DNA of 63,541 bases, filler included, from Octopus bimaculoides (Eukaryota): NCBI RefSeq assembly GCF_001194135.2. It is 7 parts of 6 records of this genome, joined end to end, with 100 filler letters (N's around TTAATTAATTAA, not from the genome) between each part and the next. Parts side by side here need not be neighbours in the genome. Positions count along the whole stretch, not along the records: positions 1 to 20,395 come from NC_068981.1; positions 20,496 to 24,520 come from NC_068982.1; positions 24,621 to 39,332 come from NC_069009.1; 4 more parts are not named here. One strand, written 5' to 3'. A program made the position numbers and the translations under genes. Shown one piece after another: positions 14,521-27,205 of the stretch. Under the pieces are notes generated by a model. That model worked only from the letters and a program-made list of their open reading frames with translations, searched no databases and was not told where the DNA came from. Each line of letters opens with the position of its first letter. Positions within the stretch are counted from its first letter, which is position 1.

Positions 14521-16994
14521 CAGAGGAAGAACTTAAATAATTAAAAAAAGAGAACATACATGCATACATACATACATACACACATGTGTGTGACTTTAGT
14601 TCTTGCTGATTGAGTAAATTGACTTGTCTTTGGTATTACTGGACAAGAAAAAGACTTTCGTGCTTACCATCGACTCTGAGTGTCTGCTTAGTTTATCAAA
14701 TACTAACACTGATTTACTAAGCATTTAACTTTTGATAAGATTCCTGAGCTTTATCGCTAACTCTTCCTTTTATAATCTATTTATGTTAATAAATATATGG
14801 CCCTAGTAACACTATTTAAAATCGTATAACGACATTTGCCATTACTTCTCTCAATTATAGAAAATAAGATTCTGAAGTCATTTGCCAGTACAAATCACAC
14901 AATCCATTGTACACATCTGTCTTTTGTTTTGCATTATCCGCTCGTTATTAATGTGTTCTTCAAGATAAAGTATCAATACGGTTTTAGAGAAAAATTTAAA
15001 TAGGTGAGTTCGGGGTACTTTCTTGAAGCCAAATTTTGCATTATAATTCAACATTGCAAGATAACTATAGTTTCGTTCATATACTGATCTGTGGTAGGTA
15101 AAGTGACCATTCTAAACATACTTCGACCGTATTAGACCTTCCCAGCAAAATATACTCTAACACGTACGTGCAAAAATGACTGAAAGAGTTTAGGTCTTGT
15201 GTGAAAATTCAGACAGCAACTTTAAAATAAAGACGGTTAAATAACTCCGGGATATAAATAATTTCCCGCAGAAAGTGCGGGTTAAGAAGCTTAATATAAT
15301 GAGCTAAATGGAAATGTGGCTAATGATAGTGAATCTTCACATTACGGTGTGAATTGATTAAAGATTATTTTTGGTTCACATTAGATTGCTCTTTAGCTAC
15401 ATGTTCTCGAAGCAGAAGACATCTCTGAGAAATTTTCCTGTTCTCTATATAGATTCAGTCTCTATTGACTATCGATCACTCTATGCTTTTCCTACTTCTT
15501 GGATAATATTATTAATCCCCATTACCCATGATCAAACTCAACTAGTTTAAATATTAGTGTCTGCAAAATGTTTTCGTTGCAAGGATTATCTCGGCCTTAA
15601 TTTCCAGTTGGAGCATTGTATGGTATTTCAGTTTAACGTCTCATGGCTGATGAGAGGCAGAATAGATTCTGGTGGGATTTGAACTTAAAACATATACAGT
15701 ACTGTAGGGCACTTTAGTTGTTTACACGATTCTAATAATACTTTACTATTGTCTTCTACAAAAGTGTTTAACATCATGAGAGTTTTTAATTTTCAATTCC
15801 TGCTAAATGATATTTCTGCAATTCGCTCCAGTCCATGTAGCTTAATTTAAATGTTCCCTCACTTACCTTCAAAAGTATGTCAAAGAAGATGTGATATTAG
15901 AGATAGGAAATTTTGATGAGGTACCACGAATAGCTTAGATTTTTAAAGAAACTGAAAAATATGTGAGAATGCCCATAACTGCGACGGATGGCTCCAATAA
16001 GTTGCTGGTAGCATACAGAAGAACGATGTGGTTCACTGCTTTAAAGCTGTGTAACGAAAACTTGATGTTTCCTTTTTATTTTTTTTTGCATAAATATATA
16101 AGCTATGATTATAGTCGATTATAATGTACGCTCCTAAAACTGATATTGTCCATACCAGAAGGCTGAAAGTCTTTTATATGATATTACTTATGTTTGTTGT
16201 GAAACAGCTGTATCAATCTTGCTGTGAACATGGACCAACTTGTGCTTTGTACTGAAGTGTTTTCCTACCTTGAAGAGCAAGTTGACCATTTTGGAATAGA
16301 GGTTTGGCAAAGATATATTTTCCAAGAAATATTACCAAAAACTTTAAGGCCTGACAATAGTATATAGCTTGATGGCTTTAGCAGTGTTGTTCATGAATAT
16401 GTAACATTTGCGTCTTTATTCTTTTTATCCCGTTTACGTCCAGAATTTTTTCCTAGTACATGAAATTAGTGCAAGGTTCAGAGAAGACGATGCTTCGTAA
16501 GCGGAAAAATAAATAAAACTTGTGGATGGAAATATTTCGTTTCTGATGTACGTTCTGAGCTGCGAAAGCATTAATGCACATTGAGAAGTAGAGGATGACA
16601 CAAAAGAAACCAGAATGGTACCGAAGCTGATGCAAAATAAAGGGTTATCTTTCGGCCCTGAATCTTAATACACAATCGCCAGATTAAAAAAAATTACTAA
16701 GGATGTATGCATACCTGAACTTCTATATTTACTGAGTAGGTATAAAGAATGTGTAATATAAACCCATAAAACCGTTTAAAATAATAAATGAAACAGTGCT
16801 CTGATGTATTATGATAGTTTTAAGATAAGCGAAGTGAGAGAACTTTAGTAGTTTATATCTTCATGTTATAACATTTCATTTGAATAAATAGTAACCAAAT
16901 GCATATTTGCAATATATACTACCACGCATACGTACACACACAAATATATATTCATACACGTATATGCACAAATACATATACTCATATATATATT

Positions 16995-17057
<63 letters not shown>

Positions 17058-17107
17058 ATGATTGTATGTATGTATGTACGTATGTAAAGTGAGAGAGATA
17101 CATGTTA

Positions 17108-17750
17108 ACATGCGAGGTTTGATCAATAAGTATCCTGACTGTTGCCATAATAACGAAGCTAAAGATGCAGAGTAAAGTCAATTGGCACAGATTGACATTG
17201 ACCTCTGCTGTGCATGTGCACTAAGTTTTAATGTTCTAGCCTACTTCCGCTGATTACAGTAGTGATTCCAAGTAACGTGTGATCGTCGCATTGACCATGA
17301 CAGAAAAGGTTATCGTGGTGATACCTGCTCAGAGGCCTACGCAAAGTTGCAGAAAGTGTATGGAGAGGAATGTATGAGCCACACACAAGTGTACGAGTGG
17401 TTCAGACGTTTCGAAGATGGCCAAAAAAAATGTCGATAATGACGAACATTTTGGGAGAACCAAAACCAGTAGAACTGAGAAAAACATCGCAGATGTGCGT
17501 ACAGCTGTAAGGGTAAATCTTCGAATCACCATCCGTGAGTTATGAGAGGATGTGCAGGTTAGTTATGGTTCAGTTCATTTCATTAACACTAAAAAATTTG
17601 GTATGAGACGCGTGTCTGCCAAGTTTGTGCCAAAACTGGTTTCAGATGACCAAAAAGACGACACTCGGGTTTCAGTTGCACAAAACCCCCTTGATTGTGT
17701 CGAGAACGATAAAAACTTCTTGAAAAATTTGCATAGGACTCTGAGCAGGT
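17108..17750 (+). mobile_element. 5' half of a mariner-family element (HTH region), degenerate
   Basis: TIR-like gaggtttgatcaataagtatcc; EAYAKLQKVYGEECMSHTQVYEWFRRFEDG, LRITIRE and FGMRRVSAKFVPKL. Confidence 0.85.
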
Positions 17751-17759
17751 ATCGCCAAG

Positions 17760-17797
<38 letters not shown>

Positions 17798-17869
17798 TTT
17801 TGATATTTGGTTTGCAAGATTCTTTATGTGAGTTCGTGTGTTGAAGCATATTCTGTTGTGCCTGTGGAG

Positions 17870-18081
17870 AGTCATTCTCTTTTAGTGCCTTATAATTTAA
17901 TACACTCACCGGTAAAATTTACACTTATTTCTTATTTTTACTTTCCTAAAATTTTCGTTGCGTCTTGCAACCTTTGAAAAGTTGGCAAGACGCAACGAAC
18001 ATTTTAGAAAAATAAAAAAGAAATAAGTGGAAATTTAACCGGTCAGTGTATTAAATTATAAGGCACTAAAAGAGAATGACT
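17870..18081. repeat. ~212-bp imperfect palindrome (foldback)
   Basis: agtcattctctttt...gcgtcttgc is the reverse complement of gcaagacgc...aaaagagaatgact; centre ~17975. Confidence 0.92.
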
Positions 18082-18097
18082 TTCCCCAGAAACAACA

Positions 18098-18174
<77 letters not shown>

Positions 18175-20439
18175 TTATCAATCTATCAATCTATCTATAT
18201 ATGTGCGTGTGTGTGCACATATATATATGTAATACAATGCTTCTAACCGATATTTAAAGTATAGAGGGAGACGGGGAATCGCAGGCAACATGCAGGTGTT
18301 ATCAGATTGCTAAGCATTTTATTCTACTTGGATTCAACTTTTTATATTCTAATTTGATATCCAAGCTAAACTGACTTCGCCTTTCCGCCATCTATGATTG
18401 ATAGAATAAGTAGATGAGAAGCATTTGGCTCCTGTACATCATCACACGTACTACAATTTTGCGGATTCGTGCCAGAGATAGTAATCGCTATAATTGAAGC
18501 AGCAAAACTAAAGACCATCCGACTAAATGCATTTTCTTCGTTATTTAGTCACTTAGTTTTGCTTCAGAGTTCTAGTCGTCATCCGAAGTGACTTTTATTT
18601 TTATCAAAGAGGTGCCATGAACCAGTGAAGACTTTAGTGGATTTGAAAACAATGCTTTTTAAAAATTGTATGCCTGTTTTAATATATATCAATCTCATTA
18701 CGAAATTTTAAAATTTTCGAGTAATGGAATATTTATATCTGATAGTTGCTGAAGTGTTTTACCGAACTATTCTTGTTTTAAAATGCGTAGAGTATTGTGA
18801 GTAAGTAGTATAAACCATAGATGAGTGACCGAGCGGTTCGGATCACGATCATAATTCCTGGATCGCACGGTGTATATTATGCTATTCCAGTCTACTCAGC
18901 TAAAAACTAATACAACGGTGTGCTGGTACTCATTTCCGGCTGAGAAGATTCTCCCTACGTGCCGTTGTGTTAATGGGCAAGGGGGTTATGAGGATGTCTA
19001 TATCTGCTGGTGACTGCGTTGGCACCTAAAACAAGTAGGGAAAACGATATAAATGTTACTAGTCCATACTCGTTCGAGAGTAACAGCTGGCTCTTTATAG
19101 CATAAACAGAACTAGTAAATACTTTGGATATTGAATCAATATTCTTTAAACAAAATTCTACAAGGAAACATCTACAAACATTCTTTGTAAGCTCAAGAAC
19201 TATTTCTGCTTGCTGGTTAGCAATTGTGCAGTTTTACTGCTAAAAGTATTGGTAGAATAGAATATAAAATAAATAATATCAAGTACACGAACGAACTAGT
19301 AATGACCCACGCCATTAAAAATCATTTAGTGAAGTTTGTAACTTTGTATTGTTGTAGAGAGACGAAAATACTAACGCACAAATAAAATCCTTCATTAGAA
19401 ATAGCAAAAAAATTAGAAGTAGAAGAGAATAAATAGTGTCACGTGGAAGAACTAGTACAGAGGTAACAGAAACTAATGTATAATTCCGAGAGTCCATACT
19501 AATGTAAGAGTATCTTGGAATTATTCACAATTTTGTTATACACAAACATGATAAATAGAACAAAAAAGTCCATCAAAATACTTCAATACTTTTTCAAAGA
19601 TTTTAACTTTAAAATATAGTTTTTGCTTTTAAATTTCCACTTTACGTACACAATTTTCGTAGTCAAAAGTGTACCACAAAGACAAAATGTTTGAGAACCA
19701 CTGTCGAGAGCAAATGTGATTCTGAATATAGTAACGAAATCTGACGAGTGTTTAATGAAGCTGTAACTTGTCTCTCCGACCGTCCCCTACAGTTGAAAAT
19801 TTTATTACCACGCGATGTTTTTGTCTTACAAGTATGCTAAGAATATGTTTAAAGAACTCAGTTTACAATTTCAGTCCCAAATATACCACGTCGATGCATG
19901 AATTAATTACTGTATATGGCTAACTTTGCACCTCTACATAAATGAGTGCTATACTTCTTTTATGCATATTTCCATAACTAATATTACTATTTCAGAAAAA
20001 AATATTATTGCGAGTAGATTAGATTATAAGTGTCAAAACACATTATTTCCAGATGTCTTGTAAAATATTGAAATATTGTTCATGCTATTGGGTAATCCTG
20101 GTTGCGTATGAATGAAATTTATTGATCAAGGGGAAGGTCATACATTTTCATGTCAAGATACCGATAAGTATGCCAACGAGTGTTTCCCTTCGTTTTGAAA
20201 ATGTTTTTATAACTATTCATTACTTATATAACACCTATTGATTTATCAGATACGCACACACATACATACAAACACACACACTTACAAACACGCACACATA
20301 TGTACATATATATTTATGTATATATATATATGTATATTTATATCTTTATATCTCTCTCCCAAGCTGTCTGTTTGTCACTTTCTCACTCTCTCTCTNNNNN
20401 NNNNNNNNNNNNNNNNNNNNNNNNNNNNNNNNNNNNNNN

Positions 20440-20451
20440 TTAATTAATTAA
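20440..20451. other. Assembly linker TTAATTAATTAA in the middle of a 100-nt gap (also 24565, 39377, 48884, 58999, 61533)
   Basis: The same 12-mer, with stops in all six frames, sits between N runs of about 44 nt six times. Confidence 0.95.
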
Positions 20452-20495
20452 NNNNNNNNNNNNNNNNNNNNNNNNNNNNNNNNNNNNNNNNNNNN

Positions 20496-20812
20496 CCATC
20501 TACGTAGAGCGGTAGAAAACTTGCCAAGTCGCATATTCCTTGGAGCTTCGCGACCAGCTTCATCTTCTTTAGCCATGCGACTACGTCCGTGTCGCCGCAA
20601 AACGGCTTAATTATATCACTAGCAATTCTGACTACACTCATAATTTTTTTTTTCTTATGGGCCGAAATAGCTTGTGGAGGAAGAAGACAACAAGAAGCAA
20701 AAGGACAGAATGAAGCGTTGGACCTTACCTTGCCGACCGCAGCGGGGTACACGATCGCTCCTGATCAGAACACGTCTTTCTCGTAACGTCGCTGTTTTCT
20801 CACTTGCCCCAC
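20496..20812 (-). mobile_element. Gypsy-like LTR retrotransposon 5' end (LTR plus start of gag), cut by a gap
   Basis: MSVVRIASDIIKPFCGDTDVVAWLKKMKLVAKLQGICDLASFLPLY is a typical gag N-terminus, preceded by an ~150-bp GC-richer LTR-like segment. Confidence 0.7.
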
Positions 20813-21559
20813 GTGCTAAGGTTGATAAGCTGTATTCGTTCTATCAATACAGTAGTACACTGCTTTAATCACAATTCCCTTCAGCGCAATCATACTCTCA
20901 CTCACCTACTCAACAGCGTATACGCACACAGGAACACTCGCACAAACACAAACACACACGCACACACACACACCCACACACACACACAGATACACACACA
21001 GGCATACACACATTCTCAGACACACTCCTCCACACACACTTACACACACGTAACACTTAGACACAATGACACACACATAATATGGAATTGTACTTTCAGG
21101 AAACTTTTCACGTAACTTTTACCTTGCTTAGAATTTTTTGTTTGTAAAACATAAAACTACACAACTTGCTTTGTCTGTTCTGTCCTATTTATCAAGCAGC
21201 CTTTGCTGCAATCTACAAGAATTATTCCACTTAACCATCGTTTTCGATTTCTTCTCTCCTGTTATTTACGATGCTATTGTCCGAAAAAAAAAAATTCTTC
21301 CACGTTTCTTTCCCAAAACATAATTGGGATTGTGTTCGCCATTTTCTATTTTGTCTTCGTTTCTTCCACTAATATTTCTTTATTCTACCTTTTACGCTGA
21401 TGTAGACTACTCTGTATACTACCTAATTATCAATATGCACTCAGTTTCTTTCTTACCTGATACGCTGAAAAGCAGTCTCTTCCACAGGGATTTGCATCAC
21501 ATCCTTCTCTCGATTACAATTGCCTTCTCTTACACCATTCTAAGTTTGCCTTAATTTAC

Positions 21560-22900
21560 TGCACTTCGTTTATTCGGGCGCATCGCTTCCTTTCCGACTA
21601 ACAGGCTGCGCATGTATAGCGCACATCTTACTAATTTAAGTTCAGCCAGATACTTCATTAAATTTATTTGCTTTCTTACCGTTTCAAAATTATGTCCATA
21701 TTGCATTTTAGACTTCTTAAATTTTATTAATTTCAAATCCAGTAACAACAGACAATTCTTGCAATGAACCAACCTGTGTGTTGTTCTTTTTTCTAACACA
21801 TAACGACAGAAAAGAGCTAACAAGATTATTAACCTCAACTTCAATGGACAATTTTCCATCAGGTATATATCTCCACATGCCAAAAATGGGTTTATTTCCT
21901 GATTATTGTGGAGTTTTTAAGAAAATACTTTATCTCTATTCTGCCTATTTCGCTCTTGCCTTACTTGGAAATAATCTTTACGTTCAATTTTCTCTGTGTC
22001 GTGTCTTAATTTGATTATCATATCACATTCTTCTGACAATTGATGTAGGGTTACATCGTGGTTTAGTTTCAGTTTTGTGAGAATTCTAGTTCTAACTTCT
22101 GCGTCATTTCGGCAATAAGTCCCTGTGTAAAAGGCAGTAATTTGAACCTATCTGGCCTTAATTAATCCAGCTTAAATTTCTCGCATTTTCTGTTTACTCT
22201 ACCAGCATATGTGATGTAGTCCCAGTTGTTGTTTTTCTGTATGTTCAGACACGTCAAATGTGTTTTGAACAATGAGTTTTTTCACTAAAAATTTCACATA
22301 ATATATATACATATATATAGCGTCGTTAAGGTTTATGTTCAAAGGTTTTCTTGGAAGTACATAATTACTGTATCCTTCATGTTCTGTTGCCGCCAGTTTT
22401 CTCAAGATTAAGTGAGATTTCATCGCGTCGTCCGAATCGTTACATTCTTTCTCGAAGATTTGCTCATATCTTCTGCAGTATGCTTCGAAGGCAACTCCTA
22501 TTTGTACTCTGTTATGGCGAGAACACTTTTTGCCGACTTTTCTGACGACTTCAGTCATTGCAGCATTTGTTGCTTTAATGGAATTTTTGTTGTTGCTTCT
22601 GCTGTTGCACTTGCAGTTGTATCTACCTTTGTTGTTCTTCTCTCAGCTGTTGTTGCTGTTTTTACAAGTCGAGCAAATCTACCAACAAATGTTCCATACT
22701 TTTATGATTTTTCGTAAAATTCGTGCACAAACTTTGCGAGTTTATTAACTTCTCTTCGAATTTCTAATAACTCCAGGTGAATTGGTTTATTCTTATCGAG
22801 CTTATTAATTCCTCGTCAGTTGATTAAATCCTCGTCGAGTCTATTAATTCCTCGTGGGGTGTTTAAAACCTCATCATGATTTCGGTATAAAGTATACTTA
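21560..22900 (-). mobile_element. Degenerate Gypsy (K02A2.6-like) gag region
   Basis: FEAYCRRYEQIFEKEC...LLRKLAATEHEGYSNYVLPRKP, then YITYAGRVNRKCEKFKL and DAEVRTRILTKL, with stops and frameshifts. Confidence 0.75.
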
Positions 22901-23035
22901 GTAAACCCAGTAAACACATAACTATCTCGGGCCGACTACGACGCACTCTTGTACTTCACGTACTTGTCTTAGTGTAACTAGGCTATTAAATTCGTCACGT
23001 GGGAACTGTATACCATTATTACTAATTATTACAAC

Positions 23036-23100
<65 letters not shown>

Positions 23101-23191
23101 TAGATAGATAGATACACAGACATACATACAGACAGACGGACAGATAGATAGATAGATAGATACACAGACAGACATACAGACAGACAGACGG

Positions 23192-23222
<31 letters not shown>

Positions 23223-23971
23223 NNNNNNNNNNNNNNNNNNNNNNNNNNNNNNNNNNNNNNNNNNNNNNNNNNNNNNNNNNNNNNNNNNNNNNNNNNNNNN
23301 NNNNNNNNNNNNNNNNNNNNNNNNNNNNNNNNNNNNNNNNNNNNNNNNNNNNNNNNNNNNNNNNNNNNNNNNNNNNNNNNNNNNNNNNNNNNNNNNNNNN
23401 NNNNNNNNNNNNNNNNNNNNNNNNNNNNNNNNNNNNNNNNNNNNNNNNNNNNNNNNNNNNNNNNNNNNNNNNNNNNNNNNNNNNNNNNNNNNNNNNNNNN
23501 NNNNNNNNNNNNNNNNNNNNNNNNNNNNNNNNNNNNNNNNNNNNNNNNNNNNNNNNNNNNNNNNNNNNNNNNNNNNNNNNNNNNNNNNNNNNNNNNNNNN
23601 NNNNNNNNNNNNNNNNNNNNNNNNNNNNNNNNNNNNNNNNNNNNNNNNNNNNNNNNNNNNNNNNNNNNNNNNNNNTAACAGATTGTAATAGGTTAGTTGG
23701 TTTTCTGTCTTTTATACCAATTCCTTTGGACAGCAGCAGTATGTGTTTGGCTATTTCTAGAATTGATGTCAAATCTATTTTTAGAAATGATGATATTTGA
23801 GAAATTGTTTTGTGTTTGGGTTGTAGGGATAAGATTTTTAAACCCCACCAGGTGTTTGGCTCTTCTTAGAAATGATGCCAAATCTATTTTTAGAAATGAT
23901 GATATTTGAGAGATTTTTTGTGTTTTAGTTATAGGGATAATATTTTTAAACCCCAAGTAAGATAAATTTAA

Positions 23972-24520
23972 TCATTGTTTGTTAAGAGTGGGTTTGAATC
24001 TCTTAATAAAGTCCTTTTCTTTGCATTTTCTCTCAACTTCATTCCGGTTGTAAAGTTTATGGAATTGAAATATAATAAAGGTTTGATGACCACATGTTGC
24101 TAGATGGTTACTCAGTGGTATTTGGCGGACTTCTGGGTTTTTAATCTGTTGTCGATGTACCCGTGAGCGTTCCGATAGTGCATTACCTGTCTGGCCAACG
24201 TTCAGTTCTTCACAATTAGGGCATTTGATGCAGTAAATTAGATTTCTACTTTTGCAGTTCATGTTTGCACTGGTGAATATTTCCCCTGTTTTTGTTTTCA
24301 TATATGGGCCGGTATGGATTGATCGGCATGTACCGCATCGGCTATCATTGCATTTGGATACAGTGAATGTTAGATTTTTGTTGCTGGGGTCAAACCTTGC
24401 CTTTGTTAATAGCTTTTTCAAGTTTTTAGGTTGTCTCTTAGTGAGAGTTATATTTTGATCTGTAATGATATTTCTCAATTCCTTACTTTGTGCAAGGATC
24501 GGTAAGTTCGCTTTGGCGAT
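23972..24520 (-). mobile_element. Penelope-like element C-terminus with a GIY-YIG endonuclease (frame open to the gap)
   Basis: KCNDSRCGTC...NCKSRNLIYCIKCPNCEELNVGQTG...ERSRVHRQQI...EKDFIKRFKPTLN*. Confidence 0.88.
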
Positions 24521-24951
24521 NNNNNNNNNNNNNNNNNNNNNNNNNNNNNNNNNNNNNNNNNNNNTTAATTAATTAANNNNNNNNNNNNNNNNNNNNNNNN
24601 NNNNNNNNNNNNNNNNNNNNTATATATATATTATATATATATATATAATATATATATTATATATATATATATTATATATATATATATAATATATATATTA
24701 TATATAATATATATATTATATATATATATATATTATATATATATATATCACACAAACACATTTAATATACGTTGCGCCAGAATGAACTAAGAAAGACAAC
24801 TCTTGTTAAATCCTTCGCGTTGCATTTAATTATTATCTCGATAATTAAAGTTTGCATTGCTAATTAGACTGCTCTTGCTTTAAAATATAATATAATGGAA
24901 ATTATGCAACAATTTCGTCACTGTAGTTATTTTGGTAAACGTCTGACATTA

Positions 24952-24991
24952 ATTGGGTGACAAGATGACATTGAAAGCGGAAGTGACGTCA
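24952..24991 (+). promoter_or_regulatory. Candidate proximal promoter of ZNF-A: reverse CCAAT box plus overlapping ETS-CRE site
   Basis: ATTGG at 24952-24956 and GCGGAAGTGACGTCA at 24977-24991, immediately upstream of a CpG-richer exon ending at a CCG|GTAAGT donor. Confidence 0.7.
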
Positions 24992-24994
24992 GAG

Positions 24995-25167
24995 GATAAT
25001 GACAATCTGTTCGTGGATCAGAAAATTGTCTTTTTGGCCGTTGAAGACGCACGTTCGAGTCTCCTCCCCGGTGGCCACTGCAACCTGAATTTCTCTGCCT
25101 GTTTGATTTTGTAACTACTGCTTTACCGTTTCTGCGTCTTCCTTGTGATTGCCCTAACACAACCCCG
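24995..25167 (+). other. Putative non-coding first exon of ZNF-A (start approximate)
   Basis: Consensus donor gtaagt at 25168; polypyrimidine acceptor ...ttcttctgtaatttcag ends at 25357 and resembles the acceptors of the other three ZNF copies (ttcag|atta). Confidence 0.6.
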
Positions 25168-25440
25168 GTAAGTCTGATATTTACGTAAAAACAACGAATA
25201 ATTTCCTATTTGACGTTCGTAAAATCTAATTCGTTTTAGTTTCAATTTCGATTAGTATGTCTACTCTTTTTATTCTGAATCTCAACGATGTTGTACAGCA
25301 ACTTTTCATATATCCTTCATGTCTTACAATGTTTTGTTTTTTCTTCTGTAATTTCAGATTATTGATAACATTGGCATCAAAGAATTTCTTTACATCACCA
25401 GTATTTAATCATCTTTTAAAGACTAAAGGAAGATACACAC

Positions 25441-25998
25441 CAGTGGTTTCCAACCCTTTTTTTCTTATGGGTGCCTTTTGATGACTATTCTGTTCTGGTC
25501 GACCAATATAGCCATTTGATGTTTATAAACTACTTTCAAAATTCATATTTTGCTGTTCACACATTGACTTGTGTAGTTGAACTATGTAAAATGTTAGAGA
25601 AAGAAACTTAACTGTTTCTTGCCATAAATACATTTAAGAAAAAAAATTTTTTTTTCGTGAATCCTTAAAATACTACCATAGATCCCCAATTTACTGTTTT
25701 GCTTGTGTAGGCTCCTTTTGATTTCTATTCTGTTCTGGTGGACCCCTATAGCCATTTATTGTTTAAAAACTTGTTTTATAGAAACTTCTTTTAAAGTTCC
25801 TGTTTTGTTTCACACACACTAACTTGTGAAGAACGGACTCTGTAAGACATAAGAAAAAGTAATTTTACTGTTTCTTACAATAAATACATCTGAAGAAAAA
25901 ATTTTTCATGGACCTTTATGTTACTGCTGCGGATCCCCAATTTGCTATGTTGTTTTTGTAGATCTCTAAAAGTCTTACAAAAACCCCAGTTGAGAACC
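25441..25998. mobile_element. hAT-like MITE with an internal ~255-bp tandem duplication, in the ZNF-A 5' region
   Basis: Ends cagtggtttccaacc and agttgagaaccacc (hAT-type TIR); internal units ~25470-25710 and ~25715-25970 align. Confidence 0.55.
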
Positions 25999-26247
25999 AC
26001 CAATATACACAGAACATATATAACACTGTTTTGAGATTATTAGCAACGTTTCTCTACTTCACTGTTTGGAATGAGTACAAGATGATTTTTGCCTTCTCAT
26101 TAAATTTGCATTATAAAGGAGTTTGCCAAACGTTCACATAACAATAAAGAATATAAATGATGAAAGTATAGTAGCAGCAATGTATTTATTTATTGGCAAT
26201 CAACTATAAAATAAAGAAAAAAAATAAGCATTTGTGGGCAGGAAGTA

Positions 26248-26353
26248 ATCATCATCATCATCATCGTTTAACGTCCGCTTTCCATGCTAGCATGGGTTGG
26301 ACGATTTGACTGAGGACTGGTGCAACCGGATGGCTACACCAGGCTCCAATCTA
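26248..26353 (-). mobile_element. Reverse-oriented 3' end of an RTE-like LINE/SINE with a (GAT)n tail, directly before the ZNF-A start
   Basis: Near-identical reverse complement of ~39641-39750 (cagattggagcctggtgtagccatc...gcggacgttaaacgatgatgat). Confidence 0.9.
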
Positions 26354-27205
26354 ATTATGGAAAATGAATTGTATGAGAACGAAGGTGAATTTGATGCACA
26401 ATCTAAAAAGATTAACTCTCCTGATGGTATAAAGAAAGGAAGAGGTAAAATATATCAGTGTGATATCTGTGAGAAGATATTTTCTCAAAAGTGTAACCTC
26501 ACAATACACAGACGTACTCATACAGGAGACAAACCATATCACTGTGAGATATGTGGTAACTCATTCTCTCACAAGGGTAACTTAACATCTCACAAACGTA
26601 TTCATACTGGAGAAAAGCCATATCAGTGTGATATCTGTGGTAAATCATTCTCTCAAAAAGGTCACCTAATCACTCACCAGCTCATTCATACAGATGAAAA
26701 ACCATATCACTGTGATATCTGTGGTAAATCATATTCTCGTGAAATTACCTTAACAAGACACAACCGTATTCATACAGGAGAAAAACCATATCATTGTGAT
26801 GTCTGTGGTAAATCATTCTCACAAAAAGGCCACCTACTTACTCACCAACGTATTCATACAGAAGGAAAACCATATCACTGTGACATCTGTGGTAAATCAT
26901 TCTCTCGTGGAATTAACTTGACCAGGCACAAACGTATTCACACTGGAGAAAAACCATTCCAGTGTGATGTCTGTGGTAAATCATTCTCTGAATGTGGTGT
27001 CTTAACTTTACATGTACGTAGTCATACGGGAGAGAAACCATATCACTGTGATACCTGTGGTAAATCATTCTCTGGAGCAAGTACCTTAACTAAACACAAA
27101 CTCACTCACACAGGAGAGAAACCATTTCTCTGTTACATCTGTGGTAAATCATTCTCTCAAAAAATTCATTTAACTACACACGTAGGTGTTCATGCAGAAA
27201 AGTGA
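26330..27205 (+). CDS. ZNF-A: C2H2 zinc-finger protein, 9 fingers; ancestral start MENEL at 26357, TE-donated in-frame ATG at 26330
   Basis: Nine CxxC-x12-HxxxH units with TGEKP-type linkers and a short acidic N-terminus; stop TGA at 27203-27205; AATAAA at 27235. Confidence 0.95.
   Translation: MATPGSNLIMENELYENEGEFDAQSKKINSPDGIKKGRGKIYQCDICEKIFSQKCNLTIHRRTHTGDKPYHCEICGNSFSHKGNLTSHKRIHTGEKPYQCDICGKSFSQKGHLITHQLIHTDEKPYHCDICGKSYSREITLTRHNRIHTGEKPYHCDVCGKSFSQKGHLLTHQRIHTEGKPYHCDICGKSFSRGINLTRHKRIHTGEKPFQCDVCGKSFSECGVLTLHVRSHTGEKPYHCDTCGKSFSGASTLTKHKLTHTGEKPFLCYICGKSFSQKIHLTTHVGVHAEK

Noticed and set aside
15863-16352. Minus-strand AG/GT-bounded candidates for the next CFAP74 exon (also ~9310-9450, 14035-14110, 19070-19240, 21452-21542)
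   Set aside because: They have stops in the required phase or no resemblance to the expected CFAP74 continuation. A weakly conserved exon could still have been missed.
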